Notes: generated from the letters alone by a model not told the origin. Counted from the stretch's first letter, positions 1 through 10,267 are shown. The stretch is 34,078 bases of DNA from Patescibacteria group bacterium (GCA_026397115.1 JAPLVM010000005.1:1-34078); one strand, 5' to 3'. Numbers and translations are program-made.

Positions 1-1847
1 GATGTTTTTTGTTGTTTTGTAATTATCGGAGAAGTCTTTTCGAGTTTCCACGGTGGATTTGGGAATTTATTATCCAAAATTTCTATCTTATCTTCGGAAC
101 TTAGAGATAAAATCAATTTGTGCCGCTTGTCCTTTTCATCAGTGTCATCAGTCCCAATAAATTCGCTGTATTTGGATGTCTTTTCTATTTTATCAAATAA
201 CTTAGTTAAAACTTTATATGAGCCATTTGATAAATTGGCCAAAACATATTTTATCTTATGGCTATCTGGATCGATTCTCAATGTCAAAAGAATGATTTTA
301 TATGGTATCTGCGATTTATCGATGTCATGCTGAAATTCCCTGCGAGGGATTCTTCTCCATTGATTTTTATTTGGCATATAATGATATACCCCGTAGCATA
401 ATGGTTCTGAGGCTTCAATCATTTTATCTACTTTGTCAAGAATATATGGAAGATTAAGAAAAGAAAGTTTCGTAGATTCATGGATTTTTGTCTCATTATG
501 GACATCGGGATCGCTATCGCCAGATGTTGCCTCCCATTGGGGCTCCCCAGAAAGATCTTGAGCATGAGTTTCAGCAAAATGAATATCTAGTGTACGATCA
601 CTCCTTTTTTTTAAACTTAATTCGTTTTTGCTACTATCGCTGTCTGCTTGAATAAGCTCTGTTTCTCCTGACATTTCGAATTGAGTTTGATAATCAGACT
701 CTAATAAAGCGCTTTGAGCAGCCGATATTCTTTTCGCCTCTTCTAGCAAGTTTTCTGATAATTTGTTTAATTCATCCTTAATTTCATTTAAGCTAAATTT
801 TTTACCATTTGAAACAGCTTGCTCCTGGCAACGCCATATCAATCTATTTGCTTCTTCTATAAATTTACTGAGATAACTATCTACCATTTTTTGCTTATTT
901 CCCTTCGCCCCTTCTTCGCTTTCTAAAAGCCCTAGAAAAATTTTTAAATCTGTTTCGAGCCGATCTTTAGTGTCTTCCTTGGCGTGTTGAATCAATGTAA
1001 GAGGGCTACTTAAATGAAACCTTTTACGTATCGCATTGTCAATCTTTTGCTCGTGAAAAGATATTTTCGATGAATCATACTCTTTACTGATAAAATACAA
1101 AATTGCATCATTAATAAGCTTCACAAAATCATCCATTTCTTCCATAAATTCAGATGCATTAAAAACCATTCCGTTAGTAGCTATTTTGTCGTGAACCTCT
1201 GAAATCATTAAAGAGCTCCATTCATAGAATTTATCGATAAGTCGTACCGCGCTATTAAGTCCATCCTGATGAATGATAGCCTTTTTTATTTCTTGTTTCA
1301 TTAGGGCTTCTTGTTCATTGATTAGACCAAACATGATTTGCGCAGCTTTTTCAATCTCTTCTTTATGTTCAGGGTATTTTTTATATATATTAATTCTCTG
1401 TAATAAATCGGACCCAAACCGTTCGTTAAGCCATTTTTTATCAGGATAAAGATAGGCATAAGCTTCTTTTATTATTCGCATGGCATTTTCTTGCGTCTCG
1501 TCAGCTGCAAGTTGTGTACCCTCCTCATCGGCTTCCGTTTTTGCATTAACGGCATCGGTTTGCTCTTGGAATTCCTCCTTTTCAGGGACCTCCTGAGTAT
1601 CTATCTGCGCGTCAAGGGCAGTGAATAAACTTGCCAATCTCTCCTGAATTGTGTCAAGCTTTTCTGGCTGCCCATCAGCCATTTTGAATAACATTTTTTG
1701 AGTCTCAACAATGAGTGGATTATCTGCCTTATTTAAATTTTGATTTATTGTGGTAAACCACGATAAATCATACCAACTCTTTTTTCTATCTATATTCTTA
1801 TCCTTACCACCAATGAATGACAGCTCGCGGTCAAGTGATTCTTTCAT
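1..1847 (-). CDS. large hypothetical E/K/D-rich helical protein, N-terminal 615 codons (3' end beyond window start)
   Basis: Hand translation of the minus strand from ATG 1845-1847 (in-frame TGA just upstream) gives MKESLDRELSFIGGKDKNIDRKKSWYDLSWF... and stays open to position 1. It is missing from the ORF track, apparently because no stop lies inside the window. No motif recognised. Confidence 0.6.
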   Translation of the reverse strand, partial: MKESLDRELSFIGGKDKNIDRKKSWYDLSWFTTINQNLNKADNPLIVETQKMLFKMADGQPEKLDTIQERLASLFTALDAQIDTQEVPEKEEFQEQTDAVNAKTEADEEGTQLAADETQENAMRIIKEAYAYLYPDKKWLNERFGSDLLQRINIYKKYPEHKEEIEKAAQIMFGLINEQEALMKQEIKKAIIHQDGLNSAVRLIDKFYEWSSLMISEVHDKIATNGMVFNASEFMEEMDDFVKLINDAILYFISKEYDSSKISFHEQKIDNAIRKRFHLSSPLTLIQHAKEDTKDRLETDLKIFLGLLESEEGAKGNKQKMVDSYLSKFIEEANRLIWRCQEQAVSNGKKFSLNEIKDELNKLSENLLEEAKRISAAQSALLESDYQTQFEMSGETELIQADSDSSKNELSLKKRSDRTLDIHFAETHAQDLSGEPQWEATSGDSDPDVHNETKIHESTKLSFLNLPYILDKVDKMIEASEPLCYGVYHYMPNKNQWRRIPRREFQHDIDKSQIPYKIILLTLRIDPDSHKIKYVLANLSNGSYKVLTKLFDKIEKTSKYSEFIGTDDTDEKDKRHKLILSLSSEDKIEILDNKFPNPPWKLEKTSPIITKQQKT

Positions 1848-1894
1848 AAATCAAATTTATTATTTTGGAAGCTTAACTCAATTCAGCTCATCGT

Positions 1895-1903
1895 ATTATA
1901 CCA
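1895..1903 (-). promoter_or_regulatory. extended -10 element (TGGTATAAT on minus strand) upstream of the 1-1847 ORF
   Basis: The plus strand reads ATTATACCA, so the minus strand reads TGGTATAAT, about 48 nt upstream of the ATG at 1847. The -35 is weak (TAGATT). Confidence 0.35.
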
Positions 1904-1968
1904 AAACCACCTCTAAAAATCTACTAAAAAACCTCTTTATTCGCCAAATAAAGCTTCCTTTTTTCCCC

Positions 1969-2616
1969 CTACTTTCCTAAAAACTTTTGCATCGCCTCCC
2001 AAACCCGCTCCTCTACTTGCTCCACGCTTCCCATCCCATCAATCCTTATCCAATTTGGCTCTGTTTCTGACAGCTGAATAAACCCATTTCGTAGCTTTTC
2101 ATGAAAATCCTGCGGCATGATATCATGCACTGCAACTCGTTGATCACGTGGCTTTTTCAATCTTTCCATCGCTTCTTCTGCTGGTACGTCTATAAAAAAT
2201 GTAAGATCTGGACACAGGCCGCCTGTAAAAGCATAATTAATCTCTTTTATCTGGTCTAACGGTAAGACGTTAAATACCAAAGATTGATATACAAAAGTAG
2301 AACCGCTATGGCGGTCACAAATCACTGTTTTGCCGGCTTCTAGATTTGGGCGGATAAATTTGGCAACGTGATAGGCGCGATCTGCGAAATACAACGCTAG
2401 GCCTGCCAGATTGTTGACGCCTTCTGGAAAGAAATCGCGAAAGAGTAGGATGTCGCGCATTTCTTTAGTAAATTCGAGATGGCGAGAGCCTGGTTCTTTG
2501 GTGATTTCTGCCATGTCATATCCGAGTTCCTGAAGTTTGGCGTGTAAAAGCTTGAGCTGTGTAGTCTTTCCTGAGCCCTCGCCTCCTTCAAATGTAATGA
2601 ATTTACCTTTTGTCAT
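1969..2616 (-). CDS. tmk: thymidylate (dTMP) kinase
   Basis: 215-aa ORF with the N-terminal P-loop KFITFEGGEGSGKTTQ characteristic of dTMP kinases. Size is typical. Confidence 0.93.
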   Translation of the reverse strand: MTKGKFITFEGGEGSGKTTQLKLLHAKLQELGYDMAEITKEPGSRHLEFTKEMRDILLFRDFFPEGVNNLAGLALYFADRAYHVAKFIRPNLEAGKTVICDRHSGSTFVYQSLVFNVLPLDQIKEINYAFTGGLCPDLTFFIDVPAEEAMERLKKPRDQRVAVHDIMPQDFHEKLRNGFIQLSETEPNWIRIDGMGSVEQVEERVWEAMQKFLGK

Positions 2617-2688
2617 GCTAATTTGATGATATAATAAAAAAGCATAAATATTGTAAACTATCTTTTAAATTTGCAAATAATTTTTCTC

Positions 2689-3120
2689 ATGAAAGTCAAA
2701 ATTTATCGTTGTAATAAATCTGCTTTGTTGCCTGTATATCAGACAAAAGGCGCTGTTGGTTTTGATTTCTTTGTTCTAGAAACATTTTCAATCAAGCCAA
2801 GCGAAATAAAGCTCATTCCAACCGGACTTGTTATCAAAATCCCAGTTAACTATGCTTTAATGATTGTTGCGCGTAGTTCTATGCCTCTTAAAAAAGGTCT
2901 AGACATTGCTAATGGTGTAGGTATTATTGATCAGGATTATTGTGGCCCAGATGATGAGATTAAGCTTCAGATACGAAATTTTTCAAATAAAATAATTACT
3001 GTTGAAAAGGGTGAACGGTTAGCTCAAGGTATTTTTGTGAGAGCAGACACAGCCGAGTTCATCGAGATAAAATCAATTAATAAGCAAAGCCGCAATGGTT
3101 TTGGATCTACTGGAAAATGA
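2689..3120 (+). CDS. dut: dUTP diphosphatase (dUTPase)
   Basis: Motifs GAVGFDF, GIIDQDYCG and C-terminal SRNGFGSTGK match trimeric dUTPases. ATG 2689 (MKVKIYR) is preferred over the TTG at 2671 used by the ORF track. TGA stop. Confidence 0.9.
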   Translation: MKVKIYRCNKSALLPVYQTKGAVGFDFFVLETFSIKPSEIKLIPTGLVIKIPVNYALMIVARSSMPLKKGLDIANGVGIIDQDYCGPDDEIKLQIRNFSNKIITVEKGERLAQGIFVRADTAEFIEIKSINKQSRNGFGSTGK

Positions 3121-3584
3121 TTAAACTTTATTTTCAAACAAGTGTTGGTAGGCGCTGTAATCCGAGATTTTTTTATCCTTTAATCAGGACTATTTTTGCA
3201 GTTTCAAATATTAATCCAAAATCAGTAAAAATAAGCCTGATCTCAACAAACGATAAGGAGATACAAAAGTTAAATTTTGCGTATCGAAACAAAAATCAGC
3301 CTACTGATGTTTTGTCTTTTTTGTACTCTGAGCAGGACAATAAGGAATCTGTTGATGGAGAAATATTCATATCTTTGGAAAAGGCCAATTCTCAGGCCAA
3401 ATTATATGAACAAACTTTGTGTTCGGAGATGGCACGTCTTTTTGCTCATGGAGTTTTGCATCTCCTTGGAATTGATCATGAAATTAAAAATCAAAAAAAT
3501 AAGTTTTTTTCTATGCAGGAAGATAGCCTAAACCACTTTTGGGAGCGAAAAATAAAGAATACAAATTGTATTCAAAAAATTTAA
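3117..3584 (+). CDS. ybeY: endoribonuclease YbeY (rRNA maturation factor)
   Basis: HGVLHLLGIDHE is the H-x3-H-x5-H zinc motif of the YbeY/UPF0054 family. Length is 155 aa. The start overlaps the dut stop (ATGA at 3117-3120). Confidence 0.88.
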   Translation: MIKLYFQTSVGRRCNPRFFYPLIRTIFAVSNINPKSVKISLISTNDKEIQKLNFAYRNKNQPTDVLSFLYSEQDNKESVDGEIFISLEKANSQAKLYEQTLCSEMARLFAHGVLHLLGIDHEIKNQKNKFFSMQEDSLNHFWERKIKNTNCIQKI

Positions 3585-3643
3585 AATTTTGCTTTTTTCG
3601 AATAAATAATTTGCGCGTAATAGGAAAATCATTAAAAAAAGCC

Positions 3644-3672
3644 TTGCGTGTTTTTTGGGTCACTTTTATACT
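3644..3672 (+). promoter_or_regulatory. putative sigma70-type promoter for ftsA-ftsZ (TTGCGT-17-TATACT)
   Basis: TTGCGT at 3644-3649, an exact 17-nt spacer, and TATACT at 3667-3672, 30 nt upstream of the ftsA GTG. Confidence 0.45.
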
Positions 3673-3701
3673 CGACCCAGATATTTTAAATTTATTTAAA
3701 A

Positions 3702-4940
3702 GTGGCTCGCGAAAAAATCTTTGTCGGCATTGATATAGGTACTTCAAAAATTCGTACGGTTGTTGCGTCAATTGACGCTAGTAGCAATGACAATTTAAAT
3801 GTCATTGGTGTTGGAGTTGCGCCATCTACAGGCATTCGCAAAGGAGCAGTTGTAGACATTGAAGATACTATTCGCGCAATTACTATGTCTGTTGAAGATG
3901 CCGAGAGAATGGCTGGTGAGCCAATACGCGATGCTTTTATAGCTATTGGCGGGCATCATTTGCAAACAACTTTTTCTCGAGGTGTAGTTGCCGTTGGGCA
4001 GACTGGCCGCGAAATATCACAGCATGATATAGAAAGAGTTTTAGAGGCGGCACAATCAGTCGCCCTACCTCACAATCAACAAGCTATTAAGATCGTTCCA
4101 CGCAGCTTTACTATTGATGATCAAGAAAGAATCAAAGATCCTACTGGTATGACTGGCATTAGACTGGATGTTGACACACTAATCATGTCTGGCAGCACGC
4201 CATACATTCGTAATATTGAAAAATGCGTACACGAATCAGGTGTAGGTATTATTGATTTTATTCCAACGCCACTTGCAGCAGCTGAATCTACTTTAGATCG
4301 TAGGCAAAAAGAACTTGGTGTATGTGTAATAGACATTGGCGCAGGCGCGACATCTATTGCTATTTATGAGGAAGGAAGTTTATTACACGCTATTACTCTT
4401 GGAATTGGATCTGAAAATATCACTAATGACATTGCGATTGGACTTCGTACATCAATAGATACTGCTGAGAAAGTAAAAATTGCATACGGTCATTGCTTGC
4501 CAAATGAAGTCAATAAGAGAGAACAGATTCATTTGGGACAATTTTCAAAAGTTGATGATCACCAGATTCCGCGCCATCAACTTGCAACAATAATTGAGGC
4601 CAGAATGCGTGAAATTCTTACGATGGTTAAGGCAGAGCTTCGTAATGCTGGTCGCGATGGACTGCTTCCTGCTGGAGCAATTCTTACTGGCGCTACAGCC
4701 AAAATGCTAGGATTAGTTGAATTGACTCGTGAAGTTCTAGGTTTACCCGCGCAAATAGGACAGCCGCAAAATGTAACTGGCGTAGTTGAGCAAATTAAAG
4801 ATCCGAGTTATGCAACTGTAATTGGTAGCATTCTTTATGGCTTGCGTCATCCATCGCACTCTCATAGTTTCGGCAATAATATAAAATTAGGCGGTTTATT
4901 TTCTGGGTTCTCAGATTGGGTCAAGCACTTGTTACCATAA
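3702..4940 (+). CDS. ftsA: cell division protein FtsA
   Basis: Actin-fold N-terminus IFVGIDIGTSKIRTVV, 412 aa, immediately upstream of ftsZ. GTG start. Confidence 0.93.
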   Translation: MAREKIFVGIDIGTSKIRTVVASIDASSNDNLNVIGVGVAPSTGIRKGAVVDIEDTIRAITMSVEDAERMAGEPIRDAFIAIGGHHLQTTFSRGVVAVGQTGREISQHDIERVLEAAQSVALPHNQQAIKIVPRSFTIDDQERIKDPTGMTGIRLDVDTLIMSGSTPYIRNIEKCVHESGVGIIDFIPTPLAAAESTLDRRQKELGVCVIDIGAGATSIAIYEEGSLLHAITLGIGSENITNDIAIGLRTSIDTAEKVKIAYGHCLPNEVNKREQIHLGQFSKVDDHQIPRHQLATIIEARMREILTMVKAELRNAGRDGLLPAGAILTGATAKMLGLVELTREVLGLPAQIGQPQNVTGVVEQIKDPSYATVIGSILYGLRHPSHSHSFGNNIKLGGLFSGFSDWVKHLLP

Positions 4941-4956
4941 AAATAGTAGAGTTTTT

Positions 4957-5008
4957 TGACCGGGGTTGCCAAACGGGAGCATACAAAGTCTATCTCCCGC
5001 CCCGATCA
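4957..5008 (+). other. nested GC-rich hairpin in the ftsA-ftsZ intercistronic spacer
   Basis: Outer stem TGACCGGGG (4957-4965) pairs with CCCCGATCA (5000-5008) with one mismatch. Inner stem CGGGAG (4974-4979) pairs with CTCCCG (4994-4999). No U-tract follows, so it is not a classic terminator. Confidence 0.35.
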
Positions 5009-5059
5009 GAATACTTTACTTAATTACTTTCTTTCTTTTAATTTTTTTATTTATATAAA

Positions 5060-6145
5060 ATGGCTGAAGTTACCCCAGATATTACTCCTGTTGCCAAAAT
5101 CGTAATCCTAGGTATTGGCGGCGGTGGAAGCAACGCGATAAACCGCATGATCAAGGCAGGCGTTAGAGGTGTTGAGTTTGTAGCTGTCAATACTGATGCT
5201 CAGGCTCTTTCTCATAATGATTCTCCTACTAAGCTGGCAATTGGTCGCGCATCTACAAAAGGACTTGGCGCAGGTGCTATGCCAGAGGTTGGACGTAAGG
5301 CAGCTGAAGAATCCATTGAAGATATCAGAGCAGTTATTGAGGGTGCTGATATGGTTTTTGTAACTGCATGCGAAGGTGGTGGCACTGGAACTGGTGCTTC
5401 GCCTATTATCGCTCAACTGGCTAAAGAAATGGGAATTTTAACTGTTGCTGTTGTGACTAAACCGTTTTCATTTGAAGGTCCGAAAAAGGCTCGCGTAGCA
5501 GATGATGGCGTGAAAGAACTTAAGGAAAATGTTGATACTGTGATTGTTATTCCAAATGACCGCGTGCTTGCGCTTATTGATAAAAAAACTCCGCTAACAG
5601 ATGCCTTTATGGTTGTTGATGATGTGCTTAGACAAGGTATTTCCGGAATTTCAGATCTTATTACAAGAAATGGCATTATCAACGTGGACTTTGCAGATAT
5701 TCGCACGATCATGAAAGATGCTGGTACAGCACTCATGGGAATTGGCTATGGTACTGGGGAGAACCGCGCTATCGAAGCTGCTCGTCAAGCCATTGACTCA
5801 CCTCTTCTTGAAATGTCAATCAATGGGGCTAAGAATATTGTTTACAACATTACCGGTGGATCTGATTTGAGTATGTTCGAAGTTGATGAAGCTTCGCGAA
5901 TCATTACTGAAGCGGCTGATCCCGATGCCAATATTATCTTTGGCGTTGGAGTAGATGACGACATGACAGGAGAAATTAAAATTACTGTTGTTGCTGCTGG
6001 ATTTGACGAAGAAGCTTTGGCTAAGAATAAAGTTCCTGAGCCATCTAAAAAATCCCCTCTGCATCAGATATTGTCCGGACAAGCTAAAAAACCTGATCCT
6101 GACGAGCTTGATGTGCCTGCATTTATGAGGAAAACGATAAAGTAA
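5060..6145 (+). CDS. ftsZ: cell division GTPase FtsZ
   Basis: [13 protein letters not shown] and the tubulin signature [14 protein letters not shown]-terminal DVPAFMRK peptide is typical of FtsZ tails. Confidence 0.97.
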   Translation: MAEVTPDITPVAKIVILGIGGGGSNAINRMIKAGVRGVEFVAVNTDAQALSHNDSPTKLAIGRASTKGLGAGAMPEVGRKAAEESIEDIRAVIEGADMVFVTACEGGGTGTGASPIIAQLAKEMGILTVAVVTKPFSFEGPKKARVADDGVKELKENVDTVIVIPNDRVLALIDKKTPLTDAFMVVDDVLRQGISGISDLITRNGIINVDFADIRTIMKDAGTALMGIGYGTGENRAIEAARQAIDSPLLEMSINGAKNIVYNITGGSDLSMFEVDEASRIITEAADPDANIIFGVGVDDDMTGEIKITVVAAGFDEEALAKNKVPEPSKKSPLHQILSGQAKKPDPDELDVPAFMRKTIK

Positions 6146-6167
6146 ATTTCTATTTTGCTTTCAAATA

Positions 6168-6223
6168 AGCCCTTGCGAAGGGCTCCGTACAACAGTCAAA
6201 AATCCGCTTAATAGCGGATTTTT
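6168..6223. terminator. two hairpins between convergent ftsZ and argS; the second is a bidirectional intrinsic terminator
   Basis: AGCCCTT-gcg-AAGGGCT at 6168-6184. AAAAATCCGCT-taat-AGCGGATTTTT at 6198-6223, with an A-run before and a T-run after, so it could work on both strands. Confidence 0.7.
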
Positions 6224-6240
6224 GATACACAAAATTACTT

Positions 6241-7983
6241 TCACATCCTTTTTGGCGCTTCGATGCCAAGTAAATATAAGCCTGAAGCTAATACAATTCG
6301 AGTTGCCTTGCATAAGGCCAAACGCGATTTTTTGGTTTCTTTGTCAGCTGTTAAAATTGGTGATAATTCATAAAAAGATGAAAAAGCCTGCGCCAAATCC
6401 AATAGATAATTACAAACTACAGAAGGATCGCGTTTTTCAGCCGCTTTCAAAACAACATTTCCATAGTTATTAAGTAATCTAGCCAATGAATGTTCGCTTG
6501 TATTATTGCCTAGTTTTTTAAGCTTAAAATCTTTTAGATTTACTTTACCTGCTTTGCGAAAAATACTGCAAATTCTGGCATAAGCATATTGTATATACGG
6601 CCCGCTGTCACCAGTAAAAGAAACTGAAGTTTCAAAATCAAACGCAATATTTTTTGACGCAGAGCTTTTAAGCATGGAAAATTTAACTGCGCCAACGGCT
6701 ATTTTTTCTACTGTGTCTTCTTTCTCGCGTCCAGATAAGAAAGTATTTTTGACCAATTTTCGTAAAATTCGCTTTCTAGCTTCATCGATTAGCCATTCAG
6801 CTGTAATTACTTCGCCTGTACGAGATGACATTTTGCCTGACCTTAGGTTAACCATTCCATAGGCAAGATTCTCTTGCCGATTTATTTGCCATTTATCACG
6901 CAGTTCAAGGACTTTGAATATAACTTGAAAATAGCCGGCTTGTTCGCTCGCAACAACATGGATATTACGATCAAATTTAAATGCTTTTTTTTCCATTTCA
7001 GCTAAAGCAAGCTCCTTTGCCTCGTATGGAGCTGTTCCTGCAGAAGTCACAAAAACTCGCCTGTGTAAACCATATTTCTCGCCAGGAAAAACAACTGCAC
7101 CTTCTGACTTTTCCAATATTCCTGCTTTTAATAATTCACGCGAGATTTTAAGTCCGCGGGCCCACATCTCAGATTCCATAAAACAACGATCAAAATGAGA
7201 ATGCAGTCGCTTATAAATGCATCTTTCAAAATAATCTAATGACCATTGTCTGGTTTCTTGCCATAATGGAATAATATATTTGGCCTGATTATAAATATCT
7301 ATATTCAGTTGCTTAATCTCAGCTTCGATTTGCGAATTCTTTTCAGCAGCTTTTACGCCAAGAGCATACATTGATCCAAGAAATTGCACTCTATCTCTTA
7401 TTAAACTTTGGTTAGATTTACTCTTGCGCAGTTTTTGTAGTTCTTGCTGTCCTTTGTTTAATATACCCCACAAACATTTTGCAACGTGCGGCCCAACATC
7501 ACCCTGATAATTGCTGCGAAATATTTTTGCTCCACTTTTTTCAAATATACGCACTAGTGATTCACCTATACTAAGATTGCGTAGATGACCAATATGAAAA
7601 AATTTATGAGTGTTAGGATGAGCAAATTCAATCATGATTTTTTGATCCTTATACAGGCTGCCAGTCCCAAATTCATCTGGATTATTTAAAATCGTAAGTA
7701 GCGGAGCAAATAAATCTTTTACTTGAAACCAAAGGTTCACATAACCTGATATGCTTTCTACATCTTCAAACGCTGTATTATGAATACAAATTTTGCTAAG
7801 AGCCTCAGCCATTTTGTTTGGCGCTACCTTAGTTTTGCGAGCAATGGAAAAAAGTGGCACAGCTATGTCACCCATTTCCGGATTTGGCGGATTTTCCAAA
7901 ATTATATCTGAAAAAACAATTCCTGCTTTTGGATATAACTTGCGTAGAGCATCAAAAATAATTTGTCGAGTCGAATCTAACAT
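6241..7983 (-). CDS. argS: arginine--tRNA ligase
   Basis: Class I HIGH motif (FHIGHLRN), KMSSRTG in the KMSKS position, GPYIQYAYAR, and a C-terminus ending APKRM as in ArgRS. The first 26 codons of the ORF-track model (up to 8061) read through tRNA-Cys, so the start is set at ATG 7981-7983 (MLDSTRQ...). Confidence 0.88.
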   Translation of the reverse strand: MLDSTRQIIFDALRKLYPKAGIVFSDIILENPPNPEMGDIAVPLFSIARKTKVAPNKMAEALSKICIHNTAFEDVESISGYVNLWFQVKDLFAPLLTILNNPDEFGTGSLYKDQKIMIEFAHPNTHKFFHIGHLRNLSIGESLVRIFEKSGAKIFRSNYQGDVGPHVAKCLWGILNKGQQELQKLRKSKSNQSLIRDRVQFLGSMYALGVKAAEKNSQIEAEIKQLNIDIYNQAKYIIPLWQETRQWSLDYFERCIYKRLHSHFDRCFMESEMWARGLKISRELLKAGILEKSEGAVVFPGEKYGLHRRVFVTSAGTAPYEAKELALAEMEKKAFKFDRNIHVVASEQAGYFQVIFKVLELRDKWQINRQENLAYGMVNLRSGKMSSRTGEVITAEWLIDEARKRILRKLVKNTFLSGREKEDTVEKIAVGAVKFSMLKSSASKNIAFDFETSVSFTGDSGPYIQYAYARICSIFRKAGKVNLKDFKLKKLGNNTSEHSLARLLNNYGNVVLKAAEKRDPSVVCNYLLDLAQAFSSFYELSPILTADKETKKSRLALCKATRIVLASGLYLLGIEAPKRM

Positions 7984-8001
7984 TTGAAATCTATAATGTT
8001 T

Positions 8002-8075
<74 letters not shown>

Positions 8076-8078
8076 AAG

Positions 8079-9554
8079 CTATCCAAATATTTCATGAGCA
8101 TTCTCCACTGGGGTTTTTGAAGGTAGCAATGGAGTAAACGAATGAGATATTTGCTCGGTTTCTGAATTTGAAACTTGCGGTTCCGAGATCCAATTAATTG
8201 TAAATTTTTTCTTAAAAACATTCTCTATTTCTTTTTCTATCATGATTGAAATATCTGGCTTAGATACCTTATCAAAATGAAATTCTGAGTGTAAAACCAT
8301 AGTTAAATTGCCATCTAGAAATTCTCGAGGAATTGCGGTTTTTAGGCTATTTCGCAAAGATACAGCCAAGGAGCTTGAATTTAATACTTCAACCCAAAGC
8401 TTTTTAAAGGTATCATCAATATGCCCAGAAAATTCAGTTGCTTTTGGCTGAGGCTTAGCCATACAAATTTCATCATTACTTTTATTAACAGCTTGCTTAG
8501 TATGAGAATATTTTTGCGCATTATTTGATTGAATCTCGCTGTTATCTAAAAGTGCGATTTCAGCAATTGCCATTTCTAGCGGTAATTCAGCAACCAGAGA
8601 GGATTTGAACTGGTCGCTTGCTTTTAGAAAAATAGTAATTAATTTGGCTGTGTAACCTAACTTTTCAGGCTCATTCAGCTGTTCCAGTAAGTTATTTTGC
8701 AGTCGCTTTAATACTTCCCTGGTAAGCGTTTTTAAATTTTGTCCAAAATTATGCAGTTCAGCTATATATTCAGCCAATTCTTTCCACTTTTTGCCGCCTA
8801 ATAGTTCCATAAATTTATTAACAGCTGCAGTGCCAATGATTCCCAAAGATTGAGCTGCAGATTCTTCATCAAGAGCGTTCTCAGACATAAGCTGCTCAAG
8901 CAAAACTTCGCCGTTACGAACAGCTCCATCAGCCCTTTCAGCAATCATTTCAAGCACTGTTTTTTTACATTTTAGTTTTTCGCCCTTACACACAGTTTCA
9001 AGTTTTTTGACAATATCAGAGGCTTTAACGCGATGAAAATCAAATCGTTGGCAACGAGATAAAATTGTTTCAGGCACTTTATCAATCTCAGTTGTGGCAA
9101 GGATGAAATGTAGATGCGCCGGAGGCTCTTCTAATGTTTTTAATAAAGCATTGAAAGCAGATCTAGAAAGCATATGCACCTCATCAATAATATAAATCTT
9201 TTTCTTGGCAGATACTGGGGCGAATTGAGATTTTTCAATGAGTTCGCGAATGTCATCAACTCCTGTATGAGAGGCTGCGTCCATTTCAATAAGATCCATT
9301 GCTCGTCCATCAACAATTTCTAGGCAATGTCTGCATTTCAAGCATGGATCTCCTGTTTTTGCTGGTTTATCACACATCAATGCTTTGGCTAGAATGCGAG
9401 CAACTGTTGTTTTGCCTGTTCCGCGCGGTCCTGTAAAAATATATGCGTGTGAAGCCATATTTTTCAATAGTGCGGCTTGGATGACGTTTTTAATATGTTC
9501 TTGTCCTTCGATTTCAGAAAATATTTGCGGACGATATTTTTGATAAAGAGCCAT
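8079..9554 (-). CDS. dnaX: DNA polymerase III subunit gamma/tau
   Basis: YRPQIFSEIEGQ, Walker A GPRGTGKTT, Walker B IYIIDEVH, and SRCQRF sensor. Start set at MALYQKYRP (ATG 9552-9554) rather than the TTG at 9599. Confidence 0.9.
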   Translation of the reverse strand: MALYQKYRPQIFSEIEGQEHIKNVIQAALLKNMASHAYIFTGPRGTGKTTVARILAKALMCDKPAKTGDPCLKCRHCLEIVDGRAMDLIEMDAASHTGVDDIRELIEKSQFAPVSAKKKIYIIDEVHMLSRSAFNALLKTLEEPPAHLHFILATTEIDKVPETILSRCQRFDFHRVKASDIVKKLETVCKGEKLKCKKTVLEMIAERADGAVRNGEVLLEQLMSENALDEESAAQSLGIIGTAAVNKFMELLGGKKWKELAEYIAELHNFGQNLKTLTREVLKRLQNNLLEQLNEPEKLGYTAKLITIFLKASDQFKSSLVAELPLEMAIAEIALLDNSEIQSNNAQKYSHTKQAVNKSNDEICMAKPQPKATEFSGHIDDTFKKLWVEVLNSSSLAVSLRNSLKTAIPREFLDGNLTMVLHSEFHFDKVSKPDISIMIEKEIENVFKKKFTINWISEPQVSNSETEQISHSFTPLLPSKTPVENAHEIFG

Positions 9555-9685
9555 TGGATTTAAAATCAATTTAGCGATTGGCAAGATTGATTTTGACAAA
9601 ACTTGTGTAGAAAATCAACCAGATAGTTTATAATTTCCACGCTTTTGCAAATTCGTATCTTTCAAATAAAATTTAATAGCTCAGA

Positions 9686-10267
9686 ATGATAGGATTTCTT
9701 ACTGGCAAAATATTGGAAATAAATAATAATCAAATATTAATAGACGTAAATGGCGTTGGTTATCTTGTGTCTGCTACAAATGAAACTGCGAGTAGGTCAT
9801 TAGTAAATAATGAGATCAAGCTCTATATTTATACTGCTGTTTCGGAAAATGATATTCGGCTTTTTGGATTTGGCGGTCAGAATGAATTGCAACTTTTCAA
9901 AAAGCTCCTTGGAGTTAAGGGCGTTGGACCAAAAACCGCATTGAATATTTTTGAACTACCGCTTGGCATTATCATCAATGCTATTGTAAATAGCGATCAT
10001 CATGTCTTATCAACAATATCTGGGCTTGGGCGTAAAACAGCAGAGCGTATTTGCTTGGATTTACATGATAAACTTGATAGCTTAGCTATTGAGGCTATTT
10101 CGCATGATAGTATGAAAGCTGATAACAGCAATGGCAAAATACAAGAAGCATGCGAAGCCTTGTGCAATCTTGGTTGTGAACGAAATGCTGTTATGCGTAA
10201 ATTGGTTTTGGCTCCAACTAATTTTTCTTCTGAAGAATTAGTACGTTGGTACTTACAAAATAGCTAA
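9686..10267 (+). CDS. ruvA: Holliday junction branch migration complex subunit RuvA
   Basis: MIGFLTGKI...VNGVGYLV OB-fold N-terminus and two helix-hairpin-helix motifs (LLGVKGVGPKTA, ISGLGRKTAERI). 193 aa. Confidence 0.9.
   Translation: MIGFLTGKILEINNNQILIDVNGVGYLVSATNETASRSLVNNEIKLYIYTAVSENDIRLFGFGGQNELQLFKKLLGVKGVGPKTALNIFELPLGIIINAIVNSDHHVLSTISGLGRKTAERICLDLHDKLDSLAIEAISHDSMKADNSNGKIQEACEALCNLGCERNAVMRKLVLAPTNFSSEELVRWYLQNS

Noticed and set aside
5108-6082. Antisense ORFs of 88-107 aa inside ftsZ, and similar ORFs inside the Cys-rich gene (22875-23310), the giant ORFs and dnaG
   Set aside because: They lie entirely within strongly supported genes on the opposite strand or in another frame. 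Their sequences are low-complexity (S/L/I/F-rich), as is typical of shadow ORFs in AT-rich DNA.
8960-9206. A-runs in dnaX (AAGAAAAAG at 9198-9206 and A7 at 8960-8966 on the coding strand) as a gamma/tau frameshift or slippage site
   Set aside because: Neither is a canonical X-XXY-YYZ heptamer in frame. Both lie at about codons 116 and 197, too early to yield a functional gamma subunit.
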